A stretch of 64,000 bases of DNA from Mycobacteriales bacterium. GTDB lineage: Bacteria; Actinomycetota; Actinomycetes; JAFAQI01. The notes under the pieces were generated by a model. That model was not told the DNA's origin. It saw only the letters and a list, made by a program, of their open reading frames with translations, and did not search any database. Below are positions 28,366 through 38,500 of this stretch, piece by piece (position 1 is the first letter of the stretch; each line of letters begins with the position of its first letter). The DNA lies in contig DASSEX010000051.1 of assembly GCA_035695045.1 (NCBI GenBank), forward strand, positions 73,543-137,542. The letters are read 5' to 3'. A program made the translations under genes and the position numbers.

Positions 28366-28388
28366 CTTCAGGTTGCTCGCCTAGCATG
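28366..28388 (+). promoter_or_regulatory. LCP promoter motif CTTCAGGT-N6-CCTAGCATG
   Basis: Matches the motif upstream of the first LCP gene. Confidence 0.5.
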
Positions 28389-28440
28389 GCCCGAAAGCCC
28401 GGCACCAGCCGGTTCTGCGCGTTCGCCGGAGGTACTGCAC

Positions 28441-30006
28441 ATGACCGGGCCGACGGACGGCCCCTCGGCGGACCAGCCCCGTCAGCCGCTCCCCCCTCAC
28501 CTCGACCCGCGCCGCGGCCGGGCCGGCGGTGCCGCGCGGCCCGGTGGCGACCAGCCGGCGGGACCCAGGCCTCCACGCCGCCGACGCTCACGCAAGCGCA
28601 TCGCGGCCTGGGTCGCCGGCAGCCTTGCCGCCGTACTTCTCCTCGGCACCATCACCGGCGTGGTCACCCTCGACCACATCATCAGCGGCATCAAGAAGAT
28701 CAACCCGTTCTGCACGGACCCGTGCGGCCGCCCCGGGGGCGGCGTGAAGGGTGACCTCAACATCCTGATCGTCGGCTCGGACAGCCGATCCGGGCTCACC
28801 GATGCGCAGAAGCGACAGCTCCACGTCGGCTACGACGTCGGCCGACGGTCCGACACGATGATCCTGCTGCACATCCCCCGCGGCGGGGGCAAGGCGATCC
28901 TCGTCAGCCTGCCGCGCGACTCCTACGTGCTGATCCCCAAGCACAGGGACGCGACCGGGCACATCGTCCCGGCCAGCCACAACAAGCTCAACACGGCCTA
29001 CGCCTTCGGCGGCCCACGGCTGACGGTCGCGACCGTCGAGCGCAACACCGGCGTACGCATCGACCACTACGTCGAGGTGAACTTCCTCGGCTTCGTGAAG
29101 ATGGTGGACGCCCTCGGCGGGGTGACCGTCTGCACGCCGACGCCCATCCACGACCCCATCCACCGGCTGCCGACGGGCGGTTACGGCGGCAGTGGCCTCG
29201 AGCTGCCCAAGGGAAAGTCGACGCTCAACGGCGTGCGCGCTCTCGAGTACGTGCGCGCACGCGAGTTCGACCCGAGCGCCGACCTCGGCCGGATCCAGCG
29301 GCAGCAGAAGTTCATGGCGGCGATGGTGCAGAAGGCCAAGAGCACCGGCGTGCTGCTCAACCCGGTGCGGTTGCTGAACTTCATCAGCGCCGTCGCGGAC
29401 TCGCTCACCACTGACAAGGACTTCGGCACCGCGCAGATCAAGGACCTGGCGCTCAACCTGCGGTCGATGTCGCCCGCGCACGTCGAGATGATCCGGGTGC
29501 CGCTCAAGCCGGGCAGCTTCAACATGGGCGCGGTCGGCAACGTCGTCGAGTGGGACCCCGTGCTGTCCCGGCAGCTGTTCCGCGATCTCACCCTCGACCG
29601 CCCGGTGGGGCCCGCCGAGCAGGGCAAGAGCCGCAAGGTGACCGTCCCGCCGAGCAGCATCACGGTGCCGGTGCTCAACGCGACCAGCCAGAACGGCTTC
29701 GCCGCGAAGGTCGCGGGCGACCTGAGCGCGCTGGGGTTCCACGCGAGCGCCTCGTTCGGCAAGACGTCCGGCGCCGACCCCAAGACGACGGTGATCCGCT
29801 ACGGGCCCAGCCGCGCCGACTCCGCGAAGACGCTGGCCGCGGCGATCCTCGGGGCGAAGCTCCAGGAGGTCGCCGGCCTCGGCAGCGGACTAGAGGTCGT
29901 CGTCGGGTCCAACTACCACGGTGTGCAGCGCGTCGTGGTCGCTGCGCAAGGCCAGACCGGCACGGTGACCCAACCACGCACCGCAGCGGACGACATCTGT
30001 TCGTGA
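28441..30006 (+). CDS. LCP (LytR-CpsA-Psr) family protein with LytR C-terminal domain
   Basis: NILIVGSDSR, RSDT, SLPRD, KLNTAY, VRAR...DLGRIQRQQ, VLNATS. Confidence 0.92.
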   Translation: MTGPTDGPSADQPRQPLPPHLDPRRGRAGGAARPGGDQPAGPRPPRRRRSRKRIAAWVAGSLAAVLLLGTITGVVTLDHIISGIKKINPFCTDPCGRPGGGVKGDLNILIVGSDSRSGLTDAQKRQLHVGYDVGRRSDTMILLHIPRGGGKAILVSLPRDSYVLIPKHRDATGHIVPASHNKLNTAYAFGGPRLTVATVERNTGVRIDHYVEVNFLGFVKMVDALGGVTVCTPTPIHDPIHRLPTGGYGGSGLELPKGKSTLNGVRALEYVRAREFDPSADLGRIQRQQKFMAAMVQKAKSTGVLLNPVRLLNFISAVADSLTTDKDFGTAQIKDLALNLRSMSPAHVEMIRVPLKPGSFNMGAVGNVVEWDPVLSRQLFRDLTLDRPVGPAEQGKSRKVTVPPSSITVPVLNATSQNGFAAKVAGDLSALGFHASASFGKTSGADPKTTVIRYGPSRADSAKTLAAAILGAKLQEVAGLGSGLEVVVGSNYHGVQRVVVAAQGQTGTVTQPRTAADDICS

Positions 30007-30082
30007 GCGGGCTGTGACGCTCCGCAGGCGCCACGGCGGGTCATTGGACAAGAAACCACATAGTCGACATACGGTCGGAGAC

Positions 30083-31138
30083 ATGTCACGTACCGCCTCG
30101 CGCCCCGTCATCGCCGCGCTCGCAACTGCCTCGCTCCTCGCCCTTGCGGCCTGCGGCGGTCACGACAAGAAGCCTGCCGCGGCGCCCTCGCCGAGCGCGA
30201 CGTCTGCCTCGCCGACCGCCAGTGCGCAGGCTGCGCCGGCGACCTGTCCGCTGCTGGGGAGGCCGCCGACGAAGGGTGAGAACCGCACGCGGCCCGCCGT
30301 CGCCATCAAGATCGACAACGTTGACATCGCCCGTCCTCAGACCGGCATCAACCACGCAGATGTCATCTTCGAGGAGACCGTCGAGGGTGGACTCACCCGG
30401 CTCTTCGCCGTCTTCCAGTGCGAGAGTGCACCGGTCGTCGGGCCGATTCGTTCCGCGCGTACCAGCGACTCCGACCTCATCCAGCTGCTCAAGACAGCCG
30501 TCTTCGCGTACTCCGGGGCGAACGGACACGTCAACGCGAGGATCCTCTCCACCCCGGGGGCCGTCGCCCTGTCGTACGACACGAACGGTGGGCTGTACTA
30601 CCGATCCGGCAGCCGGCCCGCCCCACACAACGTCTATTCGTCGACCTCCGCCCTCCTGAAGGCCGGCCTCGCGCACAGCCACAAGCTGAAGCCGCCGCCG
30701 CCGCTGTTCACGTACTCGAACGCGAGCCCGGGCGGGAAGGTCGTGAGGTCGATCGCTCTGCGCTGGTCCGGCTTCGCTTCCGCTGGCTGGACCTGGACGG
30801 GCAGCGGTTGGAACCGCACGCAGAACGGATCTCCGGATGTTCTCGTCGGCGGCACCCGGGTTGCCGTTCGGAACGTGATCGTCATGCGGATCCAGACCCG
30901 GTACCTCGGGCTTCGCGATGTCCTCGGCAACGCCTCCCCCGATGACGTCGTCACAGGCCAGGGCCCAGTGTGGGTGTTCCGCAACGGTCATGTGATCCGT
31001 GGGCACTGGACGCGAAAGCACGCCAACTCGGCGCTCCGGCTACGCACGGCCCGCGGTCGGCTGATTCCACTCATGCCGGGCCGCACGTGGGTGGAGCTGC
31101 TTCCTTACTCCGGCTCGATCAGCGTCAGCCGGCACTGA
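30083..31138 (+). CDS. DUF3048-family lipoprotein
   Basis: Lipobox LAAC, VAIKIDN...ARPQTG, EETVEGGLTR, GPIRSAR, APHNVY, GRTWVEL. Confidence 0.85.
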   Translation: MSRTASRPVIAALATASLLALAACGGHDKKPAAAPSPSATSASPTASAQAAPATCPLLGRPPTKGENRTRPAVAIKIDNVDIARPQTGINHADVIFEETVEGGLTRLFAVFQCESAPVVGPIRSARTSDSDLIQLLKTAVFAYSGANGHVNARILSTPGAVALSYDTNGGLYYRSGSRPAPHNVYSSTSALLKAGLAHSHKLKPPPPLFTYSNASPGGKVVRSIALRWSGFASAGWTWTGSGWNRTQNGSPDVLVGGTRVAVRNVIVMRIQTRYLGLRDVLGNASPDDVVTGQGPVWVFRNGHVIRGHWTRKHANSALRLRTARGRLIPLMPGRTWVELLPYSGSISVSRH

Positions 31139-31277
31139 CGAGGCCCGGCTGCCGGCGGGAATGTCCGGCTTGCCAGGTTCGTCATCGGCGCCGTACGGCG
31201 GGCGGCAGAACCCGCGTCACCAGCGGCGAGGACGGTCGTTGCAGTGAGTGACCGCCCCTCACCGCCAAGGAGCCGAA

Positions 31278-31700
31278 ATGCTGCACCTGCCCCGGACGAT
31301 CACGACGCCGCTGACGCTGACCGTGTCCACCGGCACCGGCGAGGCAGACCTCGACGCGGAGCTGCGCTACGACCCGGCCGACCCGTTCGCCGTCTCGCTG
31401 GCCATCGGCGTCGACTGCGGTGAGCCGGTCGTCTGGACCTTCGCCCGCGACCTGCTCGCGGCCGGTGTGAACGCCCCCTCCGGTGAGGGCGACATCACGA
31501 TCGAGCCGGACATGAGCGAGGGCTTCGGCGCCGAAGAGCGGCAGCTGCGCATCACGCTCGCCACCGACTGCATGGCGACGATGCTGGCGTCGACCGACCG
31601 GGTGATCGAGTTCCTCGTCGAGACCTACGCCGTCGTCGCGACCGGCGCCGAACTCGACCGGGTCGACTTCGACGCGGAGATCGCCGCACTGCTCAGCTGA
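31278..31700 (+). CDS. SsgA-family sporulation/cell division protein (SALP)
   Basis: ELRYDPADPFAV, WTFARDLL, GEGDI; RBS AAGGAG. Confidence 0.88.
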   Translation: MLHLPRTITTPLTLTVSTGTGEADLDAELRYDPADPFAVSLAIGVDCGEPVVWTFARDLLAAGVNAPSGEGDITIEPDMSEGFGAEERQLRITLATDCMATMLASTDRVIEFLVETYAVVATGAELDRVDFDAEIAALLS

Positions 31701-31713
31701 GCCACCTGAACCG

Positions 31714-31755
31714 AGAACGCCGTCCGGCCCTGAGGGGGGGACCGGGCGGCGTTCT
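31714..31755 (+). terminator. Intrinsic terminator after the SsgA-family gene
   Basis: 14-bp stem AGAACGCCGTCCGG / CCGGGCGGCGTTCT followed by a T-rich tract. Confidence 0.7.
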
Positions 31756-31840
31756 TCATTTCCGCCGCGGTGCACCCGCTTCGCTGCTGATGCCTCGGTG
31801 AGCTTCGGGCGCGCGGGCCGCTTCTCCCTACCAGCGAATG

Positions 31841-32296
31841 TCAGTAGCGCTCGGCCTGGTGCCGTTCGGCGAGCTGACGGACGTTGCGTGGGAGCTTGCC
31901 GGCAGCGAGATCGCCGACACTGACGTTCTCGAGGACCTCACGAAGGCTGCCGCGGACGGCCATCCAGACGTCTCTCAGCGCCTCCGCCGACCCCGTGTAG
32001 GACAGCTGGGCGAGGCTCAGGTCGCGGACGTTGGCCAGCGGCCCGTCGACGGCGCGGATGACATCGGCGAGAGCGATGTCCTCTGCCGGGCGACTCAGCA
32101 GGTAGCCGCCGTCGCGGCCGCGGACACTGCGCACGAGGTGCGCGTTGCGCAGCTCGCGCAGGATCCCGAGCAGGAAGTTGAGCGGGATGTCCTGTGCCTG
32201 TGCGATGTCCTCGGCGCGGACGGCACCATCGGCGCCGGCCGCGGCCAGGACGGACATGGCCCTGATCGCGTAGTCGGACTTAGCGGAGATTCGCAC
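31841..32296 (-). CDS. Rrf2-family transcriptional regulator, without Fe-S cysteines
   Basis: RISAKSDYAIRA, SVRGRDGGYLL, DVIRAVDGP; no Cys in the C-terminal region. Confidence 0.9.
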   Translation of the reverse strand: MRISAKSDYAIRAMSVLAAAGADGAVRAEDIAQAQDIPLNFLLGILRELRNAHLVRSVRGRDGGYLLSRPAEDIALADVIRAVDGPLANVRDLSLAQLSYTGSAEALRDVWMAVRGSLREVLENVSVGDLAAGKLPRNVRQLAERHQAERY

Positions 32297-33242
32297 CGGC
32301 AGCAGTCTCCCGCGCAGAGGCGCCGGACGTCGGGAGCGACGGCGGGAGCGTGAGCGTGTCGGCCGTCTGCTGCTCCGGGAGGGAAGGGCCGCGGAAGCGC
32401 CGCAGCACGACCGGCGTAGCGAGAAGTACGACGGCGACGGCCACTGCGACGCAGCCAGTGACCACTGATGGCGCGTCGAGCAGCTTCATCGCGGAGGCGA
32501 GCAGCACCGCAGCAAGGACCGGACGCAGCCACGGAGCGGTCGTCCGCGACGAGATCTGCGCGCCGATGAACACGCCGGGGAGGCTGCCGATGAGCAGTGA
32601 TGTCGTGACCGACAGCTGCACGTCGCCGAAGAACACGTGACCGAGCGCCGCCGCGCCGACCAGCGGGACGGCTTGGACGAGGTCGGTGCCGACCAGCGAG
32701 CGGTTGGACAGCCGCGGGTAGAGCCACATCAGGGCGACGATGATCATGGAGCCGGACCCGACGGAGGTCATGCCGACGACGAGGCCGCCGATGACACCGA
32801 TGGCCAACGTCGGCAACACCCGAACAGGAGTGTCGAGTCCGTCAGCAGCATCGCTCGGGCGGTGCCGGAAGGAGCGCGTGACCATGGCCGCGAAGGCCAG
32901 CAGCAGCGCCGCGCCGAGACCCAGCTTGATGCGGTCCTGGAGGACCTGCCCGTCACCGAGCGAGTTGAGCACGAAGACGCCGGCGAACGCGGCCGGAACG
33001 GCGCCGGTCAGCAGCCACCTGACGATGCCCTTGTGCACCGTCGCGCGGCGCCAATGGATCGCACCGCCGACGGGCTTCATGAACAACGACGTGACGAGGT
33101 CACTCGAAACGGCTGCCGACGGGGCGGTGTTGAAGAAGAGCACGAGCACAGGAGTCATCAGCGCGCCGCCGCCCATACCGGTCAGCCCGACGACGACGCC
33201 GACGATGAGGCCGGCCACCGACATCGCGAGATCGATGTGCAC
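32280..33242 (-). CDS. TauE/SafE sulfite exporter family membrane protein
   Basis: GLTGMGGGALMTP, GMTSVGSG, VGTDL, GSLPG; multiple TM helices. Confidence 0.88.
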   Translation of the reverse strand: MHIDLAMSVAGLIVGVVVGLTGMGGGALMTPVLVLFFNTAPSAAVSSDLVTSLFMKPVGGAIHWRRATVHKGIVRWLLTGAVPAAFAGVFVLNSLGDGQVLQDRIKLGLGAALLLAFAAMVTRSFRHRPSDAADGLDTPVRVLPTLAIGVIGGLVVGMTSVGSGSMIIVALMWLYPRLSNRSLVGTDLVQAVPLVGAAALGHVFFGDVQLSVTTSLLIGSLPGVFIGAQISSRTTAPWLRPVLAAVLLASAMKLLDAPSVVTGCVAVAVAVVLLATPVVLRRFRGPSLPEQQTADTLTLPPSLPTSGASARETAAGANLR

Positions 33243-33260
33243 GGTGCCTCCAGATGGCTC

Positions 33261-33300
33261 TGTGAGTTAACTTAACTAGTTCACTAGAGAATTACCCACA
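33261..33300. promoter_or_regulatory. AT-rich imperfect palindrome, probable Rrf2 operator/promoter
   Basis: TGTGAGTTAACTTAACTAGTTCACTAGAGAATTACCCACA with an inner CTAGT-TC-ACTAG inverted repeat; directly upstream of the tauE-rrf2 operon. Confidence 0.5.
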
Positions 33301-33345
33301 GCGTAGCGACCCCAATCCCCCGCGGCAAGCCCCCGCGCAGCCCGC

Positions 33346-33768
33346 TCAGCGGCGGCGCGACCGCCACAGCACGACGGCGCCTGCGAGGGCAGCGGCGGCG
33401 CCGACGACGAGGAGCACCCGCTCGGCGCGCAGCCGGCGCTCGACAGTGAACTCGCTGGTCCCCGTGTAGGCCGCGCCGCCGCCCTCGCGCGCGATCGCCT
33501 GGACGGCACGGCGGCGGGCCGCCGTGTCGACCTCGCCGGACTGGGCGGCGCCCGCATCGAGCACGCTGGCCGGCGCGTGGCCGTTGCCGTTGCTCCCGAA
33601 CAGCCCGGAGACCGAGGACTTGACGGCGTTGGCCCCCCGGCTCGCCGCGCGCTTGGGGCTGATCCGCTCGGCTATCGCGTCGATGGTGTCCGCGAGCTCG
33701 GCCCGGGTCTGCTCGATCTCCTTCTGGATCGTGTCCGGGTCACGCTGCGTGTCGTTCTGCTGGGCCAC
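33346..33768 (-). CDS. DUF3618-domain protein
   Basis: RDPDTIQKEIEQTRAELADTIDAIAERISPK; C-terminal TM; divergent from bcp. Confidence 0.82.
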   Translation of the reverse strand: MAQQNDTQRDPDTIQKEIEQTRAELADTIDAIAERISPKRAASRGANAVKSSVSGLFGSNGNGHAPASVLDAGAAQSGEVDTAARRRAVQAIAREGGGAAYTGTSEFTVERRLRAERVLLVVGAAAALAGAVVLWRSRRR

Positions 33769-33890
33769 GTCGCCTCCATCGATGCCGCGGTGACTGCCGA
33801 CCGGCGCCGGCATCCTCCCACCCGGCGCTGCCCGGGTCATGTCCCCTGCCTACCCGGGATGTCGCGGCTTACGTCGGCTAGCGTCCGGTT

Positions 33891-34358
33891 ATGCGACTGT
33901 CCGAGAACGACGTGGCCCCCGACTTCGAGCTCCCGGACGCCGATGAGCGCCCCTTCTCGTCGATGATGCTGCGCGGCGGGCGTGCGATCCTCTACTTCTA
34001 CCCGGCGGCGCTCACCCCCGGCTGCACCAAGCAGGCGTGCGACTTCCGGGACAACCTCAGCGCCTTCAAGGACGCCACACTGACCGTCGTCGGCATCTCC
34101 CCCGACGCGCCGGCGAAGCTGCGGAAGTTCCGCGAGACCCATGACCTGCCCTTCCCGCTGCTCTCCGACCCGGAGCACAGAGTCCTCGAGGCCTACGGGG
34201 CGTGGGGCGAGAAGAAGCTCTACGGCAAGACGGTCACCGGCGTCATCCGCTCGACGGTCGTTCTCGACGCGCAGGGCCGGGTGGAGCATGCCTTCTACAA
34301 CGTGAAGGCGACGGGCCATGTGGCCAAGCTGTTGCGCGACCTCAAACTCGCTGCCTGA
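33891..34358 (+). CDS. bcp: Peroxiredoxin Bcp/PrxQ
   Basis: YFYPAALTPGCTKQACDFRD, VGISPD, IRSTVV. Confidence 0.93.
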   Translation: MRLSENDVAPDFELPDADERPFSSMMLRGGRAILYFYPAALTPGCTKQACDFRDNLSAFKDATLTVVGISPDAPAKLRKFRETHDLPFPLLSDPEHRVLEAYGAWGEKKLYGKTVTGVIRSTVVLDAQGRVEHAFYNVKATGHVAKLLRDLKLAA

Positions 34359-35550
34359 GCGCCCGGCCGACCGACCGCAGCAGCGAGGGATGGGTGACCA
34401 GCACCCCCATCGCCCAGCTGACCGAGAAGTCGCTCGCGAACAACCGCGCGGCCTGCTTCGCGGTCAGCTGCTCCATCCGCCGCACCGCGCGGTCCCAGTC
34501 CTCGTCACGGAAGTTGCAGATGCGCGTGTTGACGGCGTACGAGATCGCCATGTCGCGCTTCATCCGCCGGTGCCAGCTGCGGGAGTACGCCGCCAGCCCG
34601 CTCGCCGTGTAGTCGCCACCCGCTGCGACCAGCGCCTCGCCGGCCATCCGCCCGGCCGTGATGGCGTAGCGAATGCCTTCGCCGAGCAGCGTCGAACCCT
34701 GACCGCCTGCGTCGCCGACGACCAGCATGCGATCGGCGACGAGCTGCGTCGCGGTCGGAGCGAGGACGGGCATCAGGCCGCTGTGCATCTCGAGAGCGCC
34801 GGCGGGTGCTCCTGGACCGCCCGCGTGCGCCTGGAACACGGTGAGGAGCCGGTCGAGCAGCTCTCGCGGTTCGGCGTCGCTCTCCGGGCGCACGACACCG
34901 ACGCCCAACCGGACGCGTCCCTCCCCGGTCGGGAACGCCCAGCCGTAGCCGCCCGGGGCGACGGCGTCGCCGAGCCAGAAGACCGCCTGGTCCTGGTCGT
35001 AGCCGGGAGCCCGTAGCTCGATCTCCATCCCGACCGCGCTGCGCTCGTTGCCCGGCCGGAGGCCCGCATCGCGGGCGAGGAATCCGGTGTGGCCACTGGC
35101 GTCGACGACAACGGCGGCATCGACGTCGTACCGGCCGCGGAAGGGGTCACGCGCGCGCAGTCCGACGACACGACCGGTCTCGTCCCGGCGCAGTCCGTCG
35201 ACGTGGGACTTCAGCCGGATCTCGGCTCCCGCGTCGACCGCGCGGGCACCGAGCCACTGGTAGGTCCGGCGGACGTCGAGGACGCAGCCGACCGGCGTGC
35301 GGTAGTGCTTCGCGACGTCGGTCGTGGGCCCGATGACGCGGATCGTGTGGACCGGATGCCAGCAGTCGTCCGGCACGCCGAGCCGCCGCAGCGGCTCGAC
35401 GAAGCTGCCACCGCTCGTCCGCACCGGCTCGCCGATCGCGCCGTTGCGCTCGTGGACGACGACGCGGAGCCCGCCCGTGGCGGCGGCTGCCGCGGCCGCG
35501 AGTCCGGCCGGGCCACCGCCCACGATCGCTACGTCAACGTCCTGCGCCAC
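34342..35550 (-). CDS. Geranylgeranyl-reductase-family FAD-dependent oxidoreductase
   Basis: GGGPAG, DASG, PGGYGWAFP, VGDAGG...GEGI. Confidence 0.82.
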   Translation of the reverse strand: MAQDVDVAIVGGGPAGLAAAAAAATGGLRVVVHERNGAIGEPVRTSGGSFVEPLRRLGVPDDCWHPVHTIRVIGPTTDVAKHYRTPVGCVLDVRRTYQWLGARAVDAGAEIRLKSHVDGLRRDETGRVVGLRARDPFRGRYDVDAAVVVDASGHTGFLARDAGLRPGNERSAVGMEIELRAPGYDQDQAVFWLGDAVAPGGYGWAFPTGEGRVRLGVGVVRPESDAEPRELLDRLLTVFQAHAGGPGAPAGALEMHSGLMPVLAPTATQLVADRMLVVGDAGGQGSTLLGEGIRYAITAGRMAGEALVAAGGDYTASGLAAYSRSWHRRMKRDMAISYAVNTRICNFRDEDWDRAVRRMEQLTAKQAARLFASDFSVSWAMGVLVTHPSLLRSVGRALRQRV

Positions 35551-35578
35551 GCCACCGACGCTAGCCCGACGCCGTGAA

Positions 35579-38500
35579 CTACCCGACGGTCGCGACCGCC
35601 AGCGGCTTCTTGGCGAGCGTCTTCACGCCGGCGGCGAGCAGGAGCAGCAGCAGGCCGGCGGCAACGAGCGTCGGGTCGACACCCGGACCGCTGCTGCCAC
35701 CCGGGCCGCCGAGCGGCGTCGTACCGGCGATCGGGGGCATAGGGGCGGGCGGACGCTGGCGGTACGGCGCCTCGGCCTTGCTGCCGAACGAGAACGTCCA
35801 GACGCCGCGTCCGTGCAGCGCCGCGACCAGCTGCGAGCCCTGCGGGTTGAGTCGCAGGTCCATCACGCTGGAGTTCGGCAGGCTGTGCCCGAGCCGGGTC
35901 CACCGGGTCGATCCCTGCCTGGCCTCGTAGACACCGAGGTCGGTGCCGACGAACACGACGCCGTTACGCAGAACCAGCGCGTTGGCCGGAGTGCGCGGCA
36001 GGTTGCCGGTGATGTTCGTGAAGTGCTGCCCGGCGTCGTGCGAGACGTAGACCGAACCACCGGCGTTGGGGTTGGGGAACCAGCGGCGCAGGTAACCGGA
36101 CAGCGCCACGTAGACCGTCTTGTGGTCACGCGGGTCGATGGCGACGCCCTGCACGTAGCGGTTCGGGAGGCCGATCGCCGCCGCCTTGTGCCAGCACGCA
36201 CTGCTTCCGACCTTCGCCGTGCAGCCCGGCTTCACGTTGGTCGCGATGCCGTTGTGGAAGTAGGACAGGTTGCCGGAGCCCTGGCTGATCGGGTCGCACA
36301 GGCCGCAGAACGGCACGTACATGCTGGCGCCGTCGATCGTCAGCGCGGTGGCGATGTTGTTGCCACCGGATGCGTTGACGCCGGTCTTGCCGTTGACCCT
36401 GCTCGCGCCGAGGTCGTAGCTGACCTTCCATGAACCGGGGTCGAGGCACTGCCCCTCTTCCGAGCTGCCGCCGGTGGTGTTGACACCGTTGACGCTCTCG
36501 TCGACGTAGCGACCGACCGCGACGAGGTGGTTGGCGTTGCGCGGGTCGAGACCGAACGGCGTCGAGAACTGGTTGGTGGCAGAGGCACCGGACTCGCAGG
36601 AGGAGATGTCGGTCCAGCTGCGGCCACCGCTCGTGCTGACGGAGATGTCGCCGTAGGTGTACTCCTCGTAGACCTGCAGGTCGTTGCCGGGAACGACGGC
36701 GGTGTCGAAGCCGTCGCCGCCGTACATCTCGTCACCCCGCGTGCTGCCCGGGTCGATCTTCACCTCACCGTTGTCCTGCAGGCCGGCGTAGATCGTGCCG
36801 CCCGAGCCCTCGACGGCGTAGTAGGGCTGCGTGGTGGCAAGGCCGAGGTTGAGCCACCGCCAGCTGGAGTTGTCGTAGCCGACGTAGCCGAGGTCGGTGG
36901 TGTGGCTCAGCTGGCTGAAGATGCCGCCGTCGGAGCCGGTGTAGAGCCGGCTCACGCCGTTCTGCAGCGGGACGAACGCGACCGCGTGCTGGTCGGGGTG
37001 GGTCGCCTTCCCGGCGTACGCCGGCCCGGGCACGCTCGAGCAGTCGATGCCGTTCAGCGCTGCGCAGCCGTTCCAGTAACGGGAGACGGTGCGCCACTGA
37101 GCGAGACCGGGGCCCGTCTGGTTGCTGATCGCCTCGTAGACCTCCTCGAGACCGACGAGCACGCGGTTGTCGTCCCTCGGGTCGACCGAGATCCACTGGT
37201 CGTACCAGGCCTGCACGCCGGGCGCGTAGAGCAACGCCTGCTCGACGAGCAGTCCCGTGCCGGGAGCCGCGCTGAACGACTGCGAGTTGCCCTTCGGTGT
37301 CCAGTTGCCCGGGTCCGCGTTGGGCGACAGGTAGACACCGTTGAGCACGCTGTTCTTCGCCTCGAGCGGGATGCCGGCGTAGGTCTCGTTGCGGAAGTTG
37401 CCGGCGTCCTGGACGACGGCCCAGAGGTACTTGCCGTCGGCGGAGTAGGCCAGCGAGGTGCGGCCGATGGCCTGCGACGTGCCGATCGGGTTGGCGTCGT
37501 TGCCCGCCTCGCCGAGACCGGTGCCCGGCTGCTGCGGCACGAAGGAGAACGTGCCACGCGCGCCCGACCTGGTCGAGCGGTAGAAGCCGTTGCCCTCGGA
37601 CTGCGGCTTGCCGTTAGGGAGCTTCTGCGCCCCGCCGCGCCAGCCGATGACCGCGACGACCTCGTTCGGGTGGTGCGGACGGACCCGGACGTCGCTGACG
37701 AAGTTGCCGAACGGCGAAGCGGTGTAGACACCGTTGTGCGCAGCGTTGCTCGGCAGCTTGACGTTGACGTAGTGCTTGCCGTGGTCGGTGGACAACCAGA
37801 GGCCGTTGTTGGTCGCGGCGAACACGCGGCCGTCCGGGTAGCCCTTGCTCGGCTTCGCCGCCTCGACGTGGAACACGGTGAGCACACCGGGCAGGTGGAC
37901 GTGCGTCCAGTGGTTGCCGCCGTCGCTGGTGACGTACATGCCGTCGCCGTAGTAGGCGTCTGCGTTGGTGTTGGCCTCACCGGTGCCGACGTACACGCGG
38001 TTGGCGTCGGCCGGGTCGACGGCGATGCCACCGATGGCGAGAGTCCCCTGGTGGTCGAACTTCGGCGCCCACGTCTTGCCGGCGTCGGCGCTCTTCCATA
38101 CGCCACCGTCGGCGGCGCCCACCCAGACCTGGTCCGGGCGCTGCGGGGTCGTCGCGATGGACGTCACGCGACCGCCGAGGTTCTGGAAACCGAGCCCGGT
38201 GATGTCGCTGGGCGAGCGGCTCGGGTCGTTGGCGAAGTAGCTCTTCGGACCGCGGATCTTCCAGTCGCCACCGAAGGTGGTGCTCTGCGGGACGAGCGCG
38301 GCCTGGGCGACGCTCTGCGAGATCGCGCGGGACGTGGCGTAGGGGCTGGACAGGCCGGCGGCGCCGAAGTGCTTCGCCGCGAACGACTGCTGGGCGGTCA
38401 TCTCCTCGGCCGGGTCGGCGTGCGACTCGGCGCCGGACGGGTTGAGAAGCGAACGGAGGCTGCCGTGGCCGGCGGCCGCGACCGGCGCGACCGACGGAGC

